The notes: generated by a model not told the origin, from the letters alone. DNA of 64,000 nucleotides from Clostridia bacterium (GCA_017458285.1 JAFTFU010000002.1:92171-156170); one strand, 5' to 3'. Counted from the first letter of the stretch, positions 17,777 through 28,428 are shown. Program-made: numbers and translations.

Positions 17777-19534
17777 TTATATAGTCTTTTTAATTTTTCC
17801 TTTGACATCGACCCTACTTGGTTGCACTGTTGTATCAACTGATAAAATGTTAATACCTGAGATTGTCGGTATCGCTACCCCTGTATCACTCATCGTAATA
17901 CTTTCACCCTCTGCAAGTGGTTCGTTAAGGTAGATGTTAGTTGTAATTTTTTCTCCACTTTCTTCCCTCACCGTTACGGGGATTTTAAAACCATAAGATT
18001 CAATATAATCTCCGACGTTGACAAGATGTGATTCTCCTGCGGTCTGCGGAACATACACCAAACGACCTCCGATATCCCAACTACATTCGGAACTGTAATA
18101 TAAATTCCAATAGAAACCGCCCGCACCAGTACCACCACTCCATTGTGCGCCCAATAGCGAAATTCTATATACATTCAGATTTGGAACGGTGTATAAGTAA
18201 TCTCCAACGGGGCGTGCGTAGTTTCCAAGGCATTCAGAACCCATAAACAACCAGTCACATTTTGTGGAATAACCCATTGCTGAAATGTAACCCCTTGTAT
18301 TGCTCACAGTGAAACCTGCACCTTCGTAATTTTCAGTACTCTTTGATTCAGCAAAATTGAAGTCATCTGCAACATAAGGTTCACCACCTGCCATGTTGCC
18401 ATTTCCCCAAATGTTGACACCATTTTCAAATTCCCAAATATTTCCCCAAGGATTTTCAAGTCCACGATAGGAAACAGAAAGTTTTCCTGCGGTGGTATCA
18501 ATGGTTTCAACACCGTCTGAACTGATGTGTTTTGTCTGTGTTGCCTGTCCTGTGGCATTTCCAAGGCTTGAAGTAGCACCTGTGTTAGATGCTTCGTTGC
18601 CAGCACCTAATGTATAAGAAACAATTCCCTGACCGATTGCAGTTTGAAAATTCATTGTTCCCATTTCAATCATGCAAAGAAGCTGATTCATTGAAGCAAC
18701 CTTTACTGTAGAACTGTGCCAACCATTACCACGATTTTGTGCAAGTGTTTCCACATTTGGTCTTGTAAGTCTCTGTGTTGAACCGCTTGCCGGCTTTACA
18801 TCAGCAATAGAACTGAATTTATCTTCAGAGACTTCCATAACCTGTGAATCATCAGTAATGTAACTATTTTCGCTCGAATCATATAAACAACCTTCATACG
18901 CTCCAAGCAGTACGTAGTCAACGGGTTCGCCTGCTTCATTATAAAATGCCGGGTGGAGTTTAAAACCTTCGCCTTTATAGTTAGAAATATAATAGTTAAC
19001 ATTTCTTAAATGATAACCAATTCCTGTGTCCTGCGCTTCGATTTTGATAGGTTCAACCTTGTAATAAAAGGCAGGCTGATAGACCATCACCTGACCGTTA
19101 GAACCGTCCTCAACATAATCGGAATCTCCATAGTACGCTGTAATAGTACCATCATCAAGAACATTACATCTACGCCGACCTCCAAAAGCTGAGAAATCGT
19201 TAAAATCGTCGCCAGCCGTTAGAGCTTCAGCATCTGCAAGCCGAGTAAAGGTACTTTTTTCAAAATCAACATTTAACCCGACAACATATCGAGACTTCCC
19301 ATCGGTGCTTTCCTCGGTGTTACCATAAATACGGTAATCTTCGAGTCTTTCATTTGTTTTAAATAACGACTTGTAAGTAAGCGGAGTTTTACCAGAAATT
19401 TCTCTTGCACCAATAAAAACTCTTTCATAAGAATTATTTATTCTTGCATATATCTCATTGATATATCCGCCATTTTGTGTTCTGATTTGTTTTACTTTTT
19501 TAATTTCATTATTTTTTATTGTGTTGATAGACAT
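17777..19534 (-). CDS. Tail fibre / receptor-binding protein
   Basis: 585 aa, Gly/Asn/Tyr-rich and beta-rich, positioned after a fibre gene. Confidence 0.5.
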   Translation of the reverse strand: MSINTIKNNEIKKVKQIRTQNGGYINEIYARINNSYERVFIGAREISGKTPLTYKSLFKTNERLEDYRIYGNTEESTDGKSRYVVGLNVDFEKSTFTRLADAEALTAGDDFNDFSAFGGRRRCNVLDDGTITAYYGDSDYVEDGSNGQVMVYQPAFYYKVEPIKIEAQDTGIGYHLRNVNYYISNYKGEGFKLHPAFYNEAGEPVDYVLLGAYEGCLYDSSENSYITDDSQVMEVSEDKFSSIADVKPASGSTQRLTRPNVETLAQNRGNGWHSSTVKVASMNQLLCMIEMGTMNFQTAIGQGIVSYTLGAGNEASNTGATSSLGNATGQATQTKHISSDGVETIDTTAGKLSVSYRGLENPWGNIWEFENGVNIWGNGNMAGGEPYVADDFNFAESKSTENYEGAGFTVSNTRGYISAMGYSTKCDWLFMGSECLGNYARPVGDYLYTVPNLNVYRISLLGAQWSGGTGAGGFYWNLYYSSECSWDIGGRLVYVPQTAGESHLVNVGDYIESYGFKIPVTVREESGEKITTNIYLNEPLAEGESITMSDTGVAIPTISGINILSVDTTVQPSRVDVKGKIKKTI

Positions 19535-19537
19535 AAA

Positions 19538-20722
19538 TTATTCCTCCTCATAAATGAAGTATAATTTAGCAGTCTTTTCTGATAAGGCATTGTATTCTGT
19601 TTCTGTCATTATGGGATTGTCGCTAATTTTCATATAACTACCTTTAATATCTTCTAAAGCAGAACTGACAACTTTATTCTGCACAGGATTCTCGCTTGTT
19701 GTACTTAAAACACTATCAACTATTGTTTTATTAGCTTCGACAGCGATACCATCTAATTTAGATTTATCTGCTGACGACATCAATCCTGATACATTTGTTG
19801 TAGCATCTGAGTATGTAGTATCAGAAGCAGGCGGGGTATAGCCCAAAGCTGTTGTTACATTATTTTTTGTTAATTCCCCACGTATAGTTGCAGACGATTT
19901 ATTTTCTACGTTTTCTAATCCGATTTCTTCTTTCGTTACATTATGTGGGTTTCCGCTCGTTACCTGACTATGGTCATATGCAATTTTACCTCTATCACCT
20001 CTATATGCCGTAGACAAGGTTTCTCCCAAAGCAATAGTTTCAGAAATAACAGTATATACACTACCCGTCCAACGATATGTTTTATCGTTATCAAGATTAA
20101 TATAAATCTTTCCAGATTCACCCGTTATGATATTAGTGTATGTATTGTCTGAATAAAATTTACCATCGCTGTAATATCCTTCGATAACATCATCTACATA
20201 GGAGGGAAGCTGAGAGGACAACACCTTTCCATTAGCATCTAATTCAGCGACACCATTGGCAGTTCCTTTAAGTGAAGTGTCTAATTTACTATCAAGTGCG
20301 TTTTTTACTACCTTATTCTGAACTGGATTAGTTGATGCGCTGTCTAACGTAGAATCAACAGTGGTTTTAGTTGCTCCTTCTATAATTCCATCGAGCTTCT
20401 TTTTGTCGTCAGCAGAGAGTAAACCGCTTGAAATTTGAGTTGCTTCTTCGTATGTAGTATCTGTAAACTTAGCATCGCTCGGTACAGATTTTTCTATAGT
20501 AAATCCAGTTGATTCTATCTTTCCGTCTGCTGTAAACTTTGGAATTTGATTTGTTTTACCAGTAACGATAGGAATGTAATCGCTTCGTGTATATTCTTGT
20601 GTACCTACATAAACTCTTTTTTGGTCTGTTATGAAATATATAGCATTGTCATTTTTAGTCGCAGAATCATAATCACTTTGCGAACCATAATAAATTACTA
20701 CATCAGAATTATTATTAGGCAT
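19538..20722 (-). CDS. Tail fibre protein with duplicated fibre-repeat module
   Basis: SGLLSADDKKKLDGI...NPVQNKVVKNAL and SGLMSSADKSKLDGI...NPVQNKVVSSAL modules. Confidence 0.65.
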   Translation of the reverse strand: MPNNNSDVVIYYGSQSDYDSATKNDNAIYFITDQKRVYVGTQEYTRSDYIPIVTGKTNQIPKFTADGKIESTGFTIEKSVPSDAKFTDTTYEEATQISSGLLSADDKKKLDGIIEGATKTTVDSTLDSASTNPVQNKVVKNALDSKLDTSLKGTANGVAELDANGKVLSSQLPSYVDDVIEGYYSDGKFYSDNTYTNIITGESGKIYINLDNDKTYRWTGSVYTVISETIALGETLSTAYRGDRGKIAYDHSQVTSGNPHNVTKEEIGLENVENKSSATIRGELTKNNVTTALGYTPPASDTTYSDATTNVSGLMSSADKSKLDGIAVEANKTIVDSVLSTTSENPVQNKVVSSALEDIKGSYMKISDNPIMTETEYNALSEKTAKLYFIYEEE

Positions 20723-20738
20723 AGTTATCCCTCCAATC

Positions 20739-21068
20739 TTATAAATGTTTCCATTTCATACTTATCAATGTAGTTCCTCCGCTGCCCCCAGTATCAATAC
20801 TCCATTTAATCCATTCTTTGTTGCAGAGTATATATGTTTCATTTGTATCAACTACGATAGCTTGTGAACCGTCAGCAGCGTTAGTAATCAAATTTAATTT
20901 ATTCAAATCTTTTTCCAAAAGAGTATATCCACGAATTCTGTATTTCGTCTCTTGTTCAACGTAACCAAATTGCGGTAGACCGACGTAATACATTTTTAAT
21001 GTACCAAAATCAGGTGCATTTTCTTTTGATTCAAAAGGCATATCCATAATATAATAAGCCATAACCAA
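20739..21068 (-). CDS. Hypothetical protein
   Basis: ORF only. Confidence 0.45.
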   Translation of the reverse strand: MVMAYYIMDMPFESKENAPDFGTLKMYYVGLPQFGYVEQETKYRIRGYTLLEKDLNKLNLITNAADGSQAIVVDTNETYILCNKEWIKWSIDTGGSGGTTLISMKWKHL

Positions 21069-21128
21069 ATCCTCCTTATTACGAAATAAAGTCTGCTACA
21101 GTTAGTAACGTAGCAGACTTTAAAAAAA

Positions 21129-22748
21129 TTATTTCTTAACAATCTTAACTTGTAATTTATCAATCCCTACACCTTTAATACCTGCGTAGCCATTATCATC
21201 ATTATTATTATAATCTGTAACCCAAGACAGATAATTGTTACTATTCAGCGTAGAAACTCTGTACTGTATTTTGTAATCGTCAATATCTATTAATTCTGCT
21301 TGAATACAATCTATATCTTTACCATAGATACCAGCGTAATCTTCTTCGTCAATTACCCAAGGGAGATAATTGCTTGATTCGATTAGTTTAACACGATACC
21401 TTATATGACCTTTAGACGACTTCATTTTAACTCCTTGAATCGATTGATTGGCAAGTCCTGCAAAATCTTCAAGATTCTTCACCCAAGGTAGCCAACGATC
21501 ATAGATGTATACCTGATAGGAGACATCGATACCTGTATCAGCAATATTTTTTGTTGTGCTGACATTGCTTTTAGAATTATCAGTATTTGTTGTAACTACA
21601 TCGTTCCATTTTGGGCGATAAAAAGCATATACATCATTATCATTCAGATATCTTGTTTTCTTTTTGAATGTTGATGTTTCAGCCCAATTTGAGTTATTAC
21701 CATCAACATTACCTTCCAAAGTTGTAATTGTATTACCATTAACACTTTCTACAATCCCTACATGACTTGAAAAATACTTATCCGTAGGAGATACACCCGA
21801 ATACCTAAAGAAAATCAAATCTCCTGATTGTGGGATTTTACTACCTTTTATAAACCAAGCACCATATACACCATCAGAGTATCTCGGGATATCCCCTGCA
21901 CCACCATAAACAGATTTAACATACTTTCCAATAAACCCACAGTCCTGCATAATGGCTGATACGGCAAAAGCACACCAATCATAAATTGTACCCAATTTGA
22001 GTTTTGTTTTACATACATATTCACCGTTTTTACCGATATAGTTTCTTGCGGTTTCAAGAAATTTTGTTTTATCATCAATAGTAGTTGTTTTAGTCGAAAT
22101 TGTTGTAGAAGTTGTTTTTGTTGTAGCACTTGTCGAACCGCTTGTTGTATTAAATAAACTATCGTCATACAGATAATCCATATCAACATCGCCATTTATG
22201 CCATTAACTTTGCCTTTCCATGAGTATTGCCAAATTGCACAAGTATAAACAGGTTTAGTTGCATCGGGAGCTGCATACCATAATTTATAATTTTTTATCT
22301 TATTATAATTGAATACATTTTTTAACCAATTATAATTAGAATAAAGTACAGGAGTGTAACCAGCACTTTTAATTCTCTCCATAAATGCAATAGAACAAGC
22401 TGTCCAATCAGGATTATAACCCATATTTTTAGCATATCTTACGCTATCTTCCTCGACATCTAAAACTATGAACTTTACATATTTTTTATATTCATTAGCT
22501 TTTTTGATTGCAAAATCAGCTTCATCTTTTGCAGTTTTTTCATTTACAAAATAGGCAAAGTGATAAGTTGCAAAAGGTATATTATTCTTTACACAACCTG
22601 TGGCATTTTTAAAATACTGACTATCTATTTGCGATTCTGACTCAGAACCGAAAGTTGACCTAAGAATTGCAAATTCAATACCTGATTTTTTTACTTCACT
22701 CCAATCAATACTAAGATTAGCATAACTTACATCAATACCTTTTTTCAT
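21129..22748 (-). CDS. Endolysin: GH25 muramidase + NlpC/P60-CHAP peptidase + 3 ChW-like wall-binding repeats
   Basis: N-terminal KKGIDVSYANLSIDWSEVKKSGIEFAILRS and LDVEED (GH25). Central YDWCAFAV...SSHVGIVES (Cys/His peptidase). Three C-terminal repeats of the form Y.V....W/YLPWV.D..DYAG..G..I..I. Confidence 0.8.
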   Translation of the reverse strand: MKKGIDVSYANLSIDWSEVKKSGIEFAILRSTFGSESESQIDSQYFKNATGCVKNNIPFATYHFAYFVNEKTAKDEADFAIKKANEYKKYVKFIVLDVEEDSVRYAKNMGYNPDWTACSIAFMERIKSAGYTPVLYSNYNWLKNVFNYNKIKNYKLWYAAPDATKPVYTCAIWQYSWKGKVNGINGDVDMDYLYDDSLFNTTSGSTSATTKTTSTTISTKTTTIDDKTKFLETARNYIGKNGEYVCKTKLKLGTIYDWCAFAVSAIMQDCGFIGKYVKSVYGGAGDIPRYSDGVYGAWFIKGSKIPQSGDLIFFRYSGVSPTDKYFSSHVGIVESVNGNTITTLEGNVDGNNSNWAETSTFKKKTRYLNDNDVYAFYRPKWNDVVTTNTDNSKSNVSTTKNIADTGIDVSYQVYIYDRWLPWVKNLEDFAGLANQSIQGVKMKSSKGHIRYRVKLIESSNYLPWVIDEEDYAGIYGKDIDCIQAELIDIDDYKIQYRVSTLNSNNYLSWVTDYNNNDDNGYAGIKGVGIDKLQVKIVKK

Positions 22749-22767
22749 AAAAATCTCCTTTCTAAAT

Positions 22768-22798
22768 ATAAAAATAAGTTGGCTAAATCATAGCCAAC
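22768..22798 (-). terminator. Rho-independent terminator upstream of the endolysin gene
   Basis: gttggcta / tagccaac stem, then TTATTTTT on the minus strand. Confidence 0.5.
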
Positions 22799-22810
22799 AA
22801 TCAATTTATA

Positions 22811-23026
22811 TTATTCAGTTTTTGATTTTTCCTGTTGTATTGCCTTGTCGTACTCTTCTTTATCACGCTTATATTGTTCAACGGATGCAATATGTACTTG
22901 TTCGAGAAAATACTTTAAAACATCTTCAACAATAAAAGGCGGCAAACCCGATTTTTCACATAGTTTTAAAATATCTTGCTTAAATTCTTCTCTTGCTACC
23001 GTAATAGGTTTTGATATTTCATTCAT
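22811..23026 (-). CDS. Hypothetical small protein
   Basis: ATG 23026 overlaps the Tal stop. Helical and charged. Confidence 0.45.
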   Translation of the reverse strand: MNEISKPITVAREEFKQDILKLCEKSGLPPFIVEDVLKYFLEQVHIASVEQYKRDKEEYDKAIQQEKSKTE

Positions 23027-26000
23027 TTTTATTACCTTTCCTTTCTTGATTTTTAAATTGATTTTCAAGATATATAGGTGTAAACTTTATAATTTCTTTT
23101 CCCTGTTCTTGTATGTCATCCGGCGTAGATTTTGACTTAATTCTTTTTAAAAATTCATCAACTTCCTTTTCGCTAAATGAATATTTCTTATCACTTTTGA
23201 ATTTATTTTTAGTTTTTGATTTTGACCCACCATCAATCTTTGCCGACAATTCCTGTATTGCCTTTATCAAATATGGAATAAACTTGATAGGCTGAATAGA
23301 TAATTTTGTAGTTAATTCATCTTCATGCACTAAATCAGGTAATATCTCCTGTAACTGTTGTGCGATAATGCCTATATCTTCATGTTTGTTATCTGTTCTC
23401 CAATCAAACGACTTCATCTCAATTTGATTTAATATATTAACTGCATTAATTTCACTATCAATAATATTTGTTTTCATTCTAACGTCAGAGCTGCTATTTA
23501 TTATCGCATTGTTAATTGCATAATTGTGCATATCAAGATTATTATAGCAGTTCACTAATCTGTTAGTGCTATTATATAAATTAAAAGCACCATCTTCAAT
23601 CTTAAAACTACCATCAGAACCACTGACTAACGCCGTAGTACCTTCAATCGAAACACCGTTTGTAGCTGAAAATATCCCGGCATCACCAGAATCGTATCTG
23701 ATAGTCCGTACATTTTCATTTAACCAGATATTGTTATCTAAATAAGTAACGTCGCATAAGTGTATTCCTTTGTTACCTCTTGTTGAATCTTCTGCATAAT
23801 ATACAATTTTAACATTATAATTTCCATTTCGTTCATCTTGATGCGCTAAAGCCAAATATGAGCCACCATAACTTAAACCCATGTGAAGTCCTCTAAATTT
23901 GCTATCACCTACCCAAGAATTTGTTCCAATTTTACCCACAACAAAAGGATTGTTATCCATTGAATACTTTTTATAATAATAAGTCTGACCCGTAGAATTT
24001 AATGACATTAATAAGTATGTAGTATCATCATCGGTATTAGTATACTTACCATACAAGTTTAATCCTGTAGTATTTAATTTTATCAAGGCGTTACCAGAAT
24101 TATTATTTATATTTAGCCCTTGATTATCTAAACGTAAAATTCTTTCTTTTTCTTCGGATGAATTATAAATGCTTAATCCTGCACGGTTTGAAACTTTATC
24201 AAATTGTATATATTGATCAACATCATTCCAAGCAACTCGAACTTTCTCACAATCCAAAGAAACGACTACACCTTCATCATTCCTTGATACAATGGCTGTT
24301 ATATCAGTTTCAGTTTGCGTAATTCGAGAAGTAGCACCTGTAATAGAATTGTTTGCAGTTATATCTAAGGCAGAGCCATCACCCTTAATATGAAGTGTGC
24401 CATTTTCATCTACATAAAAAATACTTTCTGTAGTGTTATTAACAGTTTTAGAAATTGTTAATAAATTAGTAGAATTAGGATTAACATTGAAAATATTTTT
24501 GTCGTTCTTAACTGTAAATCCATCACTATCAAATTTCATACTTCCAGTTTCATTATATATTCCTAATTGTTCGCCTAAAATCAATCTGCCTACGATTGTA
24601 TCACCATTGACACCATAAGCATATTTTACTTCATTCGTTTCGGGGTCAATATAATAATATTTGCCTATTGCTGTTTTGACATTTAACCAATTATCATCTG
24701 TAACAGCAAGAGTGGAATTAATGATTTTTAGTTGACAATTATCGTATTCATCTAAAATATCATTATACTGTCTACATAAAATCCCATGTTCGTCCCATGT
24801 TTGAGTTTGGTTGGAAGCTCCATTGATAATCTTGTTATTTGTAACATCTAATCCTTTTTCTACCCAATGTGAGATTGTTTGTTTACTTTTTTCTCCTTGT
24901 TCCGCTTGATGCTGAGTATAACTATAAGAAGTTGCCATATTTGACATTGACTGCATTAAAGACTGTTGATCTGAATAACCATCAGCGGTTTTCATTACAT
25001 CTGAAAACTCTACGGACATATCATCTAAATTACTATAATCAATTTCATAGTTTATCAACCTTAATTTATATACGTTGTCATCAACTAATATTCTTATCCA
25101 GTTGCCAACCTTGAAATATTGTGTAATAATTTTAAATTTAGGAATCACTAATAGATTCAATAAAGAAGCAGTTATAGAGTGTTGTAACTCAGCAGAAGTA
25201 TACAGTTCTTTTTGCGCTGTATCTATAAACTCTAAAGCCTTTTCAAATAATTCCGTATTATTTAAGCCATCCGAAATATAGTTAGAATTTGAAAACTTAT
25301 CCTCTCTTTTGTAAGCACAAAATTCTAACCATAAATCTAAACCAAGAAAATTTTCAAAATCTAAATTCTTTTGAATATTTGCTCTGTGTTCATTTAATAT
25401 CGATTGCAGTCCATGCTGTATCAAAACATCATTATCATATTTTCCGGTTATAATGTAGATTTCGTTTTGTCTAATGTTTTGTTCATTCTCAATGGCTTTC
25501 AATTTATTATAGTAATTTTTATAAATTTTTTCGTATAGATTATTGCCACCCCACGTCTGATTAGTGGCAACACCTTGTTCAACTAAGATATCAATACATG
25601 ATTGACATATATTCTGAAAACTATTCAAACTGTCAAGATTATATTTTTTTAGTTCACTCTTAAAATCAGAAATATCTTTTGCAAATAAACCTGTTATATC
25701 AGTTTTTTCTTGATTTTCTTGCGATAACGCTTTTTGAATTTTCTGATTAACATAATTCTCGTAGTTCGCATTTATCAGCACAGTTATTTTTGCACTTGTA
25801 GCATTATCATCTTCGTCAGAATAATTTTCAACATAAAAAATACCTTCCCATGTTGTTTTATTCAAACTCGACGAAGTTACTTTTATTCGATAATTGGCAT
25901 TAACAAGACACTTTGCTACAGATAATACGGCGTTATCTGCCGTAGCCAAAGATACACTATCGATATTTGTTACTGCAACAGGTGATATTGAAAATGAACC

Positions 26001-27251
26001 AAGTTTTGCTACTTCTTTTTCTGCATTAGTTTCAATCGGTTCGACTGTAGGCATCATCTCGGACTGCAAATACATAGCAAAATCAATATTCTGATAATAT
26101 GCAATCATTAAATTACCATATCCAACAATAGGGGAAGATAAAGGTGTTAAATCCGTTTTTGAAACTCTATACTCATCTATTAATTGATTGTATTCATTTA
26201 GTAAATTTTGATCTATAGTTATTAAATATTCTTTTTGATAGTATTCGTACAAATTATCGTACTCATTAATTTTTTGTACAAGATCATCTGACATATCTTC
26301 TTTAATATAATCAGGAATATACCAGATGTAGTCAGACCCGTTAGGATTGCAACTACGAATTGTAGCTGTCATTAAATCATCGCCAGCTTCTAATTTAAAG
26401 CAGTTTTTTTGAGAATCTGTATCTGATGTAAATTTAATATCTTTTCCTAATTCATCGGCGGTTATAAATATAGTGGTATCCTCGCCGTATCCCTCTAAAA
26501 TATCCGAACTCCCACATTTTGTACAAACGTGTGTAAAATGTCCTCTTTCTCCACATTTAGTACAATACGACTGTACATCATAAACTGAAATACCTCTTCT
26601 TATATTTCCATTTTCATCTGAATCTGATTGAAAAATAAATATACAGCCAATTTCTTCGGCTATCTCAGAACAGGCATCGTATATAGATATATCGTCAAAA
26701 GAAAACGTTCGTTGAATATTAGCAATAGTAGGGTCAACATGAACAATCTGATAATGTGGTGCTTTTTCTGTTATTCTATGCAATAATGAAATAGAATGAT
26801 TATCTTGATTATATAATACAGTAGGATTAATATAGTCATCCCTTGCAATATCGTTCTCAGTGTTAATTTCGATATCATATAGTATAATCTGTGACAACTC
26901 CGCTTGTGCCAGTTGCACGCACGAAATATTTTTAACAGGACTCAATTCTTCATCTATATCTACTTTTATCTGAAACCATAAATCACATTCTTTACACCAG
27001 ACGAGTTTATAATCTTTAATCTGATTCCACAAATAATCCTGCTCATTATTAAGATACTTATTCACCGTAAAAGTAATCTCTGCGCCATTCACCATATCAT
27101 CTTTAATGACAATATTTTGTGCATTGATTTTGCCTATTTTATTTCCACGCCTGTTTGCTAAAATTAGAGTAGGTTCTTCAGGGATATTCGCAGAATCGAA
27201 ATTGATTTTTATTGCCATTTGACTCACCGCCTTATATACTAACTTTGACAA
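23019..27251 (-). CDS. Tail-associated lysin/tip protein (Tal) with C-terminal S74 intramolecular-chaperone domain
   Basis: 1410 aa, positioned after Dit. The C-terminus SSDVRMKTNI...FDWRTDNKHEDIGIIAQQLQEILPDLV matches the peptidase S74 self-cleaving chaperone pattern. Confidence 0.75.
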   Translation of the reverse strand: MSKLVYKAVSQMAIKINFDSANIPEEPTLILANRRGNKIGKINAQNIVIKDDMVNGAEITFTVNKYLNNEQDYLWNQIKDYKLVWCKECDLWFQIKVDIDEELSPVKNISCVQLAQAELSQIILYDIEINTENDIARDDYINPTVLYNQDNHSISLLHRITEKAPHYQIVHVDPTIANIQRTFSFDDISIYDACSEIAEEIGCIFIFQSDSDENGNIRRGISVYDVQSYCTKCGERGHFTHVCTKCGSSDILEGYGEDTTIFITADELGKDIKFTSDTDSQKNCFKLEAGDDLMTATIRSCNPNGSDYIWYIPDYIKEDMSDDLVQKINEYDNLYEYYQKEYLITIDQNLLNEYNQLIDEYRVSKTDLTPLSSPIVGYGNLMIAYYQNIDFAMYLQSEMMPTVEPIETNAEKEVAKLGSFSISPVAVTNIDSVSLATADNAVLSVAKCLVNANYRIKVTSSSLNKTTWEGIFYVENYSDEDDNATSAKITVLINANYENYVNQKIQKALSQENQEKTDITGLFAKDISDFKSELKKYNLDSLNSFQNICQSCIDILVEQGVATNQTWGGNNLYEKIYKNYYNKLKAIENEQNIRQNEIYIITGKYDNDVLIQHGLQSILNEHRANIQKNLDFENFLGLDLWLEFCAYKREDKFSNSNYISDGLNNTELFEKALEFIDTAQKELYTSAELQHSITASLLNLLVIPKFKIITQYFKVGNWIRILVDDNVYKLRLINYEIDYSNLDDMSVEFSDVMKTADGYSDQQSLMQSMSNMATSYSYTQHQAEQGEKSKQTISHWVEKGLDVTNNKIINGASNQTQTWDEHGILCRQYNDILDEYDNCQLKIINSTLAVTDDNWLNVKTAIGKYYYIDPETNEVKYAYGVNGDTIVGRLILGEQLGIYNETGSMKFDSDGFTVKNDKNIFNVNPNSTNLLTISKTVNNTTESIFYVDENGTLHIKGDGSALDITANNSITGATSRITQTETDITAIVSRNDEGVVVSLDCEKVRVAWNDVDQYIQFDKVSNRAGLSIYNSSEEKERILRLDNQGLNINNNSGNALIKLNTTGLNLYGKYTNTDDDTTYLLMSLNSTGQTYYYKKYSMDNNPFVVGKIGTNSWVGDSKFRGLHMGLSYGGSYLALAHQDERNGNYNVKIVYYAEDSTRGNKGIHLCDVTYLDNNIWLNENVRTIRYDSGDAGIFSATNGVSIEGTTALVSGSDGSFKIEDGAFNLYNSTNRLVNCYNNLDMHNYAINNAIINSSSDVRMKTNIIDSEINAVNILNQIEMKSFDWRTDNKHEDIGIIAQQLQEILPDLVHEDELTTKLSIQPIKFIPYLIKAIQELSAKIDGGSKSKTKNKFKSDKKYSFSEKEVDEFLKRIKSKSTPDDIQEQGKEIIKFTPIYLENQFKNQERKGNKNE

Positions 27252-28032
27252 TAGGGGAGTAGACCATTTTTATTTCACATGGCAACGAAATAGAAATTTG
27301 ATTTATACTGTAATTAAATGTACTTACCAATCGAAAAAAATTCCAGTTGAAATCATTTTGTATTTTATGTGAACTCAAAGATGTCTGAATAATAGGGTAA
27401 TCAAGAGTGATTCTTTCTCCGACTTCGCAGTTAGCAATATACATATTCCTATCTTCGCTTTGATTATAAATACTTAAATCTCCATTTTCTTTAACTGTAA
27501 TTTCCATATGTGGATAGACAAAACCTTCTTCGTCAGACAAATTAATAATTTTTCGTTCTTGATTTGCCTCGGAGGTTTCAAGCATTATAGATATAGGATT
27601 GTGTAAAGCAAAAGGTCTATTCGTTATCATATTAAGTTCTAATCCACATAATTTACCATCAGATTCAATGCGACTAATATTAAAACTTGCTTCAAAATAT
27701 ACATCTGAATATTCATCATTATAATCAAGAAATTGTATTTTGTGGAATCCTTTTCTATTTAGCCAACTAATTAGGTCACGGCACTCATCAAATGACATCT
27801 CTAAATCTCTATTTTCACAAGTATTTTTACATATCTGAAAAGTCGTTTCCAGACATTCATTGTATTCTGCACTTGTTAATTCATGCTTTTCGCCATTGCG
27901 GACAGAAACAGTATTGAATGTCAAATTAGAACCACTTGATACCGTTTGCAATCCTTTTGAACCGAAAGAACAAATTATGTAACCAAAGTCACTCAATCTT
28001 AAATTATCGTATTCAAAATCATAAACATTCAT
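27232..28032 (-). CDS. Distal tail protein (Dit)
   Basis: Positioned between TMP and Tal, with the right size. GGAGGAG lies 6 nt before ATG 28032. Confidence 0.6.
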   Translation of the reverse strand: MNVYDFEYDNLRLSDFGYIICSFGSKGLQTVSSGSNLTFNTVSVRNGEKHELTSAEYNECLETTFQICKNTCENRDLEMSFDECRDLISWLNRKGFHKIQFLDYNDEYSDVYFEASFNISRIESDGKLCGLELNMITNRPFALHNPISIMLETSEANQERKIINLSDEEGFVYPHMEITVKENGDLSIYNQSEDRNMYIANCEVGERITLDYPIIQTSLSSHKIQNDFNWNFFRLVSTFNYSINQISISLPCEIKMVYSPIVKVSI

Positions 28033-28059
28033 GACTATCTCCTCCAATCATTGTAAATA

Positions 28060-28368
28060 TTAATATTTTTTTACACTTAAAATTCGTATTTTAAGTTTTG
28101 TGAAAATCGAAATTTTGGATTTTAACCCATCGTCTATAATTAATTTTTTGATTTTATTAATCTGTGTTATCAGGTTTTTATACTCTGTTTGATACTGTTT
28201 CAACTCCGATATTACTTCTTGCCAATTTTCTTGTGTTTCTTGTAATGTCAAAATTAATTGCTCTAAATATTGTTCATTATGTACTTGAAAATCATTCAAT
28301 ATAATCCTATCCCTTAAATCCTTTAGTTGCTTTATCTCATTATCGTTATTTATGTTCTTATTCCTCAT
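28060..28368 (-). CDS. Small coiled-coil protein
   Basis: ORF; ATG 28368 is preceded by gaggtcgag. Confidence 0.45.
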   Translation of the reverse strand: MRNKNINNDNEIKQLKDLRDRIILNDFQVHNEQYLEQLILTLQETQENWQEVISELKQYQTEYKNLITQINKIKKLIIDDGLKSKISIFTKLKIRILSVKKY

Positions 28369-28393
28369 ATTTCTCGACCTCGCTTCTATCATA

Positions 28394-28428
28394 GAAAAAA
28401 GAGCGTTAGCTATACAAAGCTAACGCTC
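28394..28428 (-). terminator. Rho-independent terminator just after the tape-measure gene
   Basis: gagcgttagc / gctaacgctc 10-bp stem, followed on the minus strand by TTTTTT. Confidence 0.65.

Noticed and set aside
19538-20722. Diversity-generating retroelement (TR/VR pair) in the tail fibre
   Set aside because: No reverse transcriptase gene is present in the window. Both repeat copies are coding parts of the same gene and differ in ways not restricted to adenines.
21069-21128. 11-bp-stem hairpin aagtctgctac / gtagcagactt as a terminator after the endolysin
   Set aside because: The T-tract is on the wrong side for the minus-strand transcript (only TATTTCG follows). It is therefore recorded only as a possible RNA stability element.
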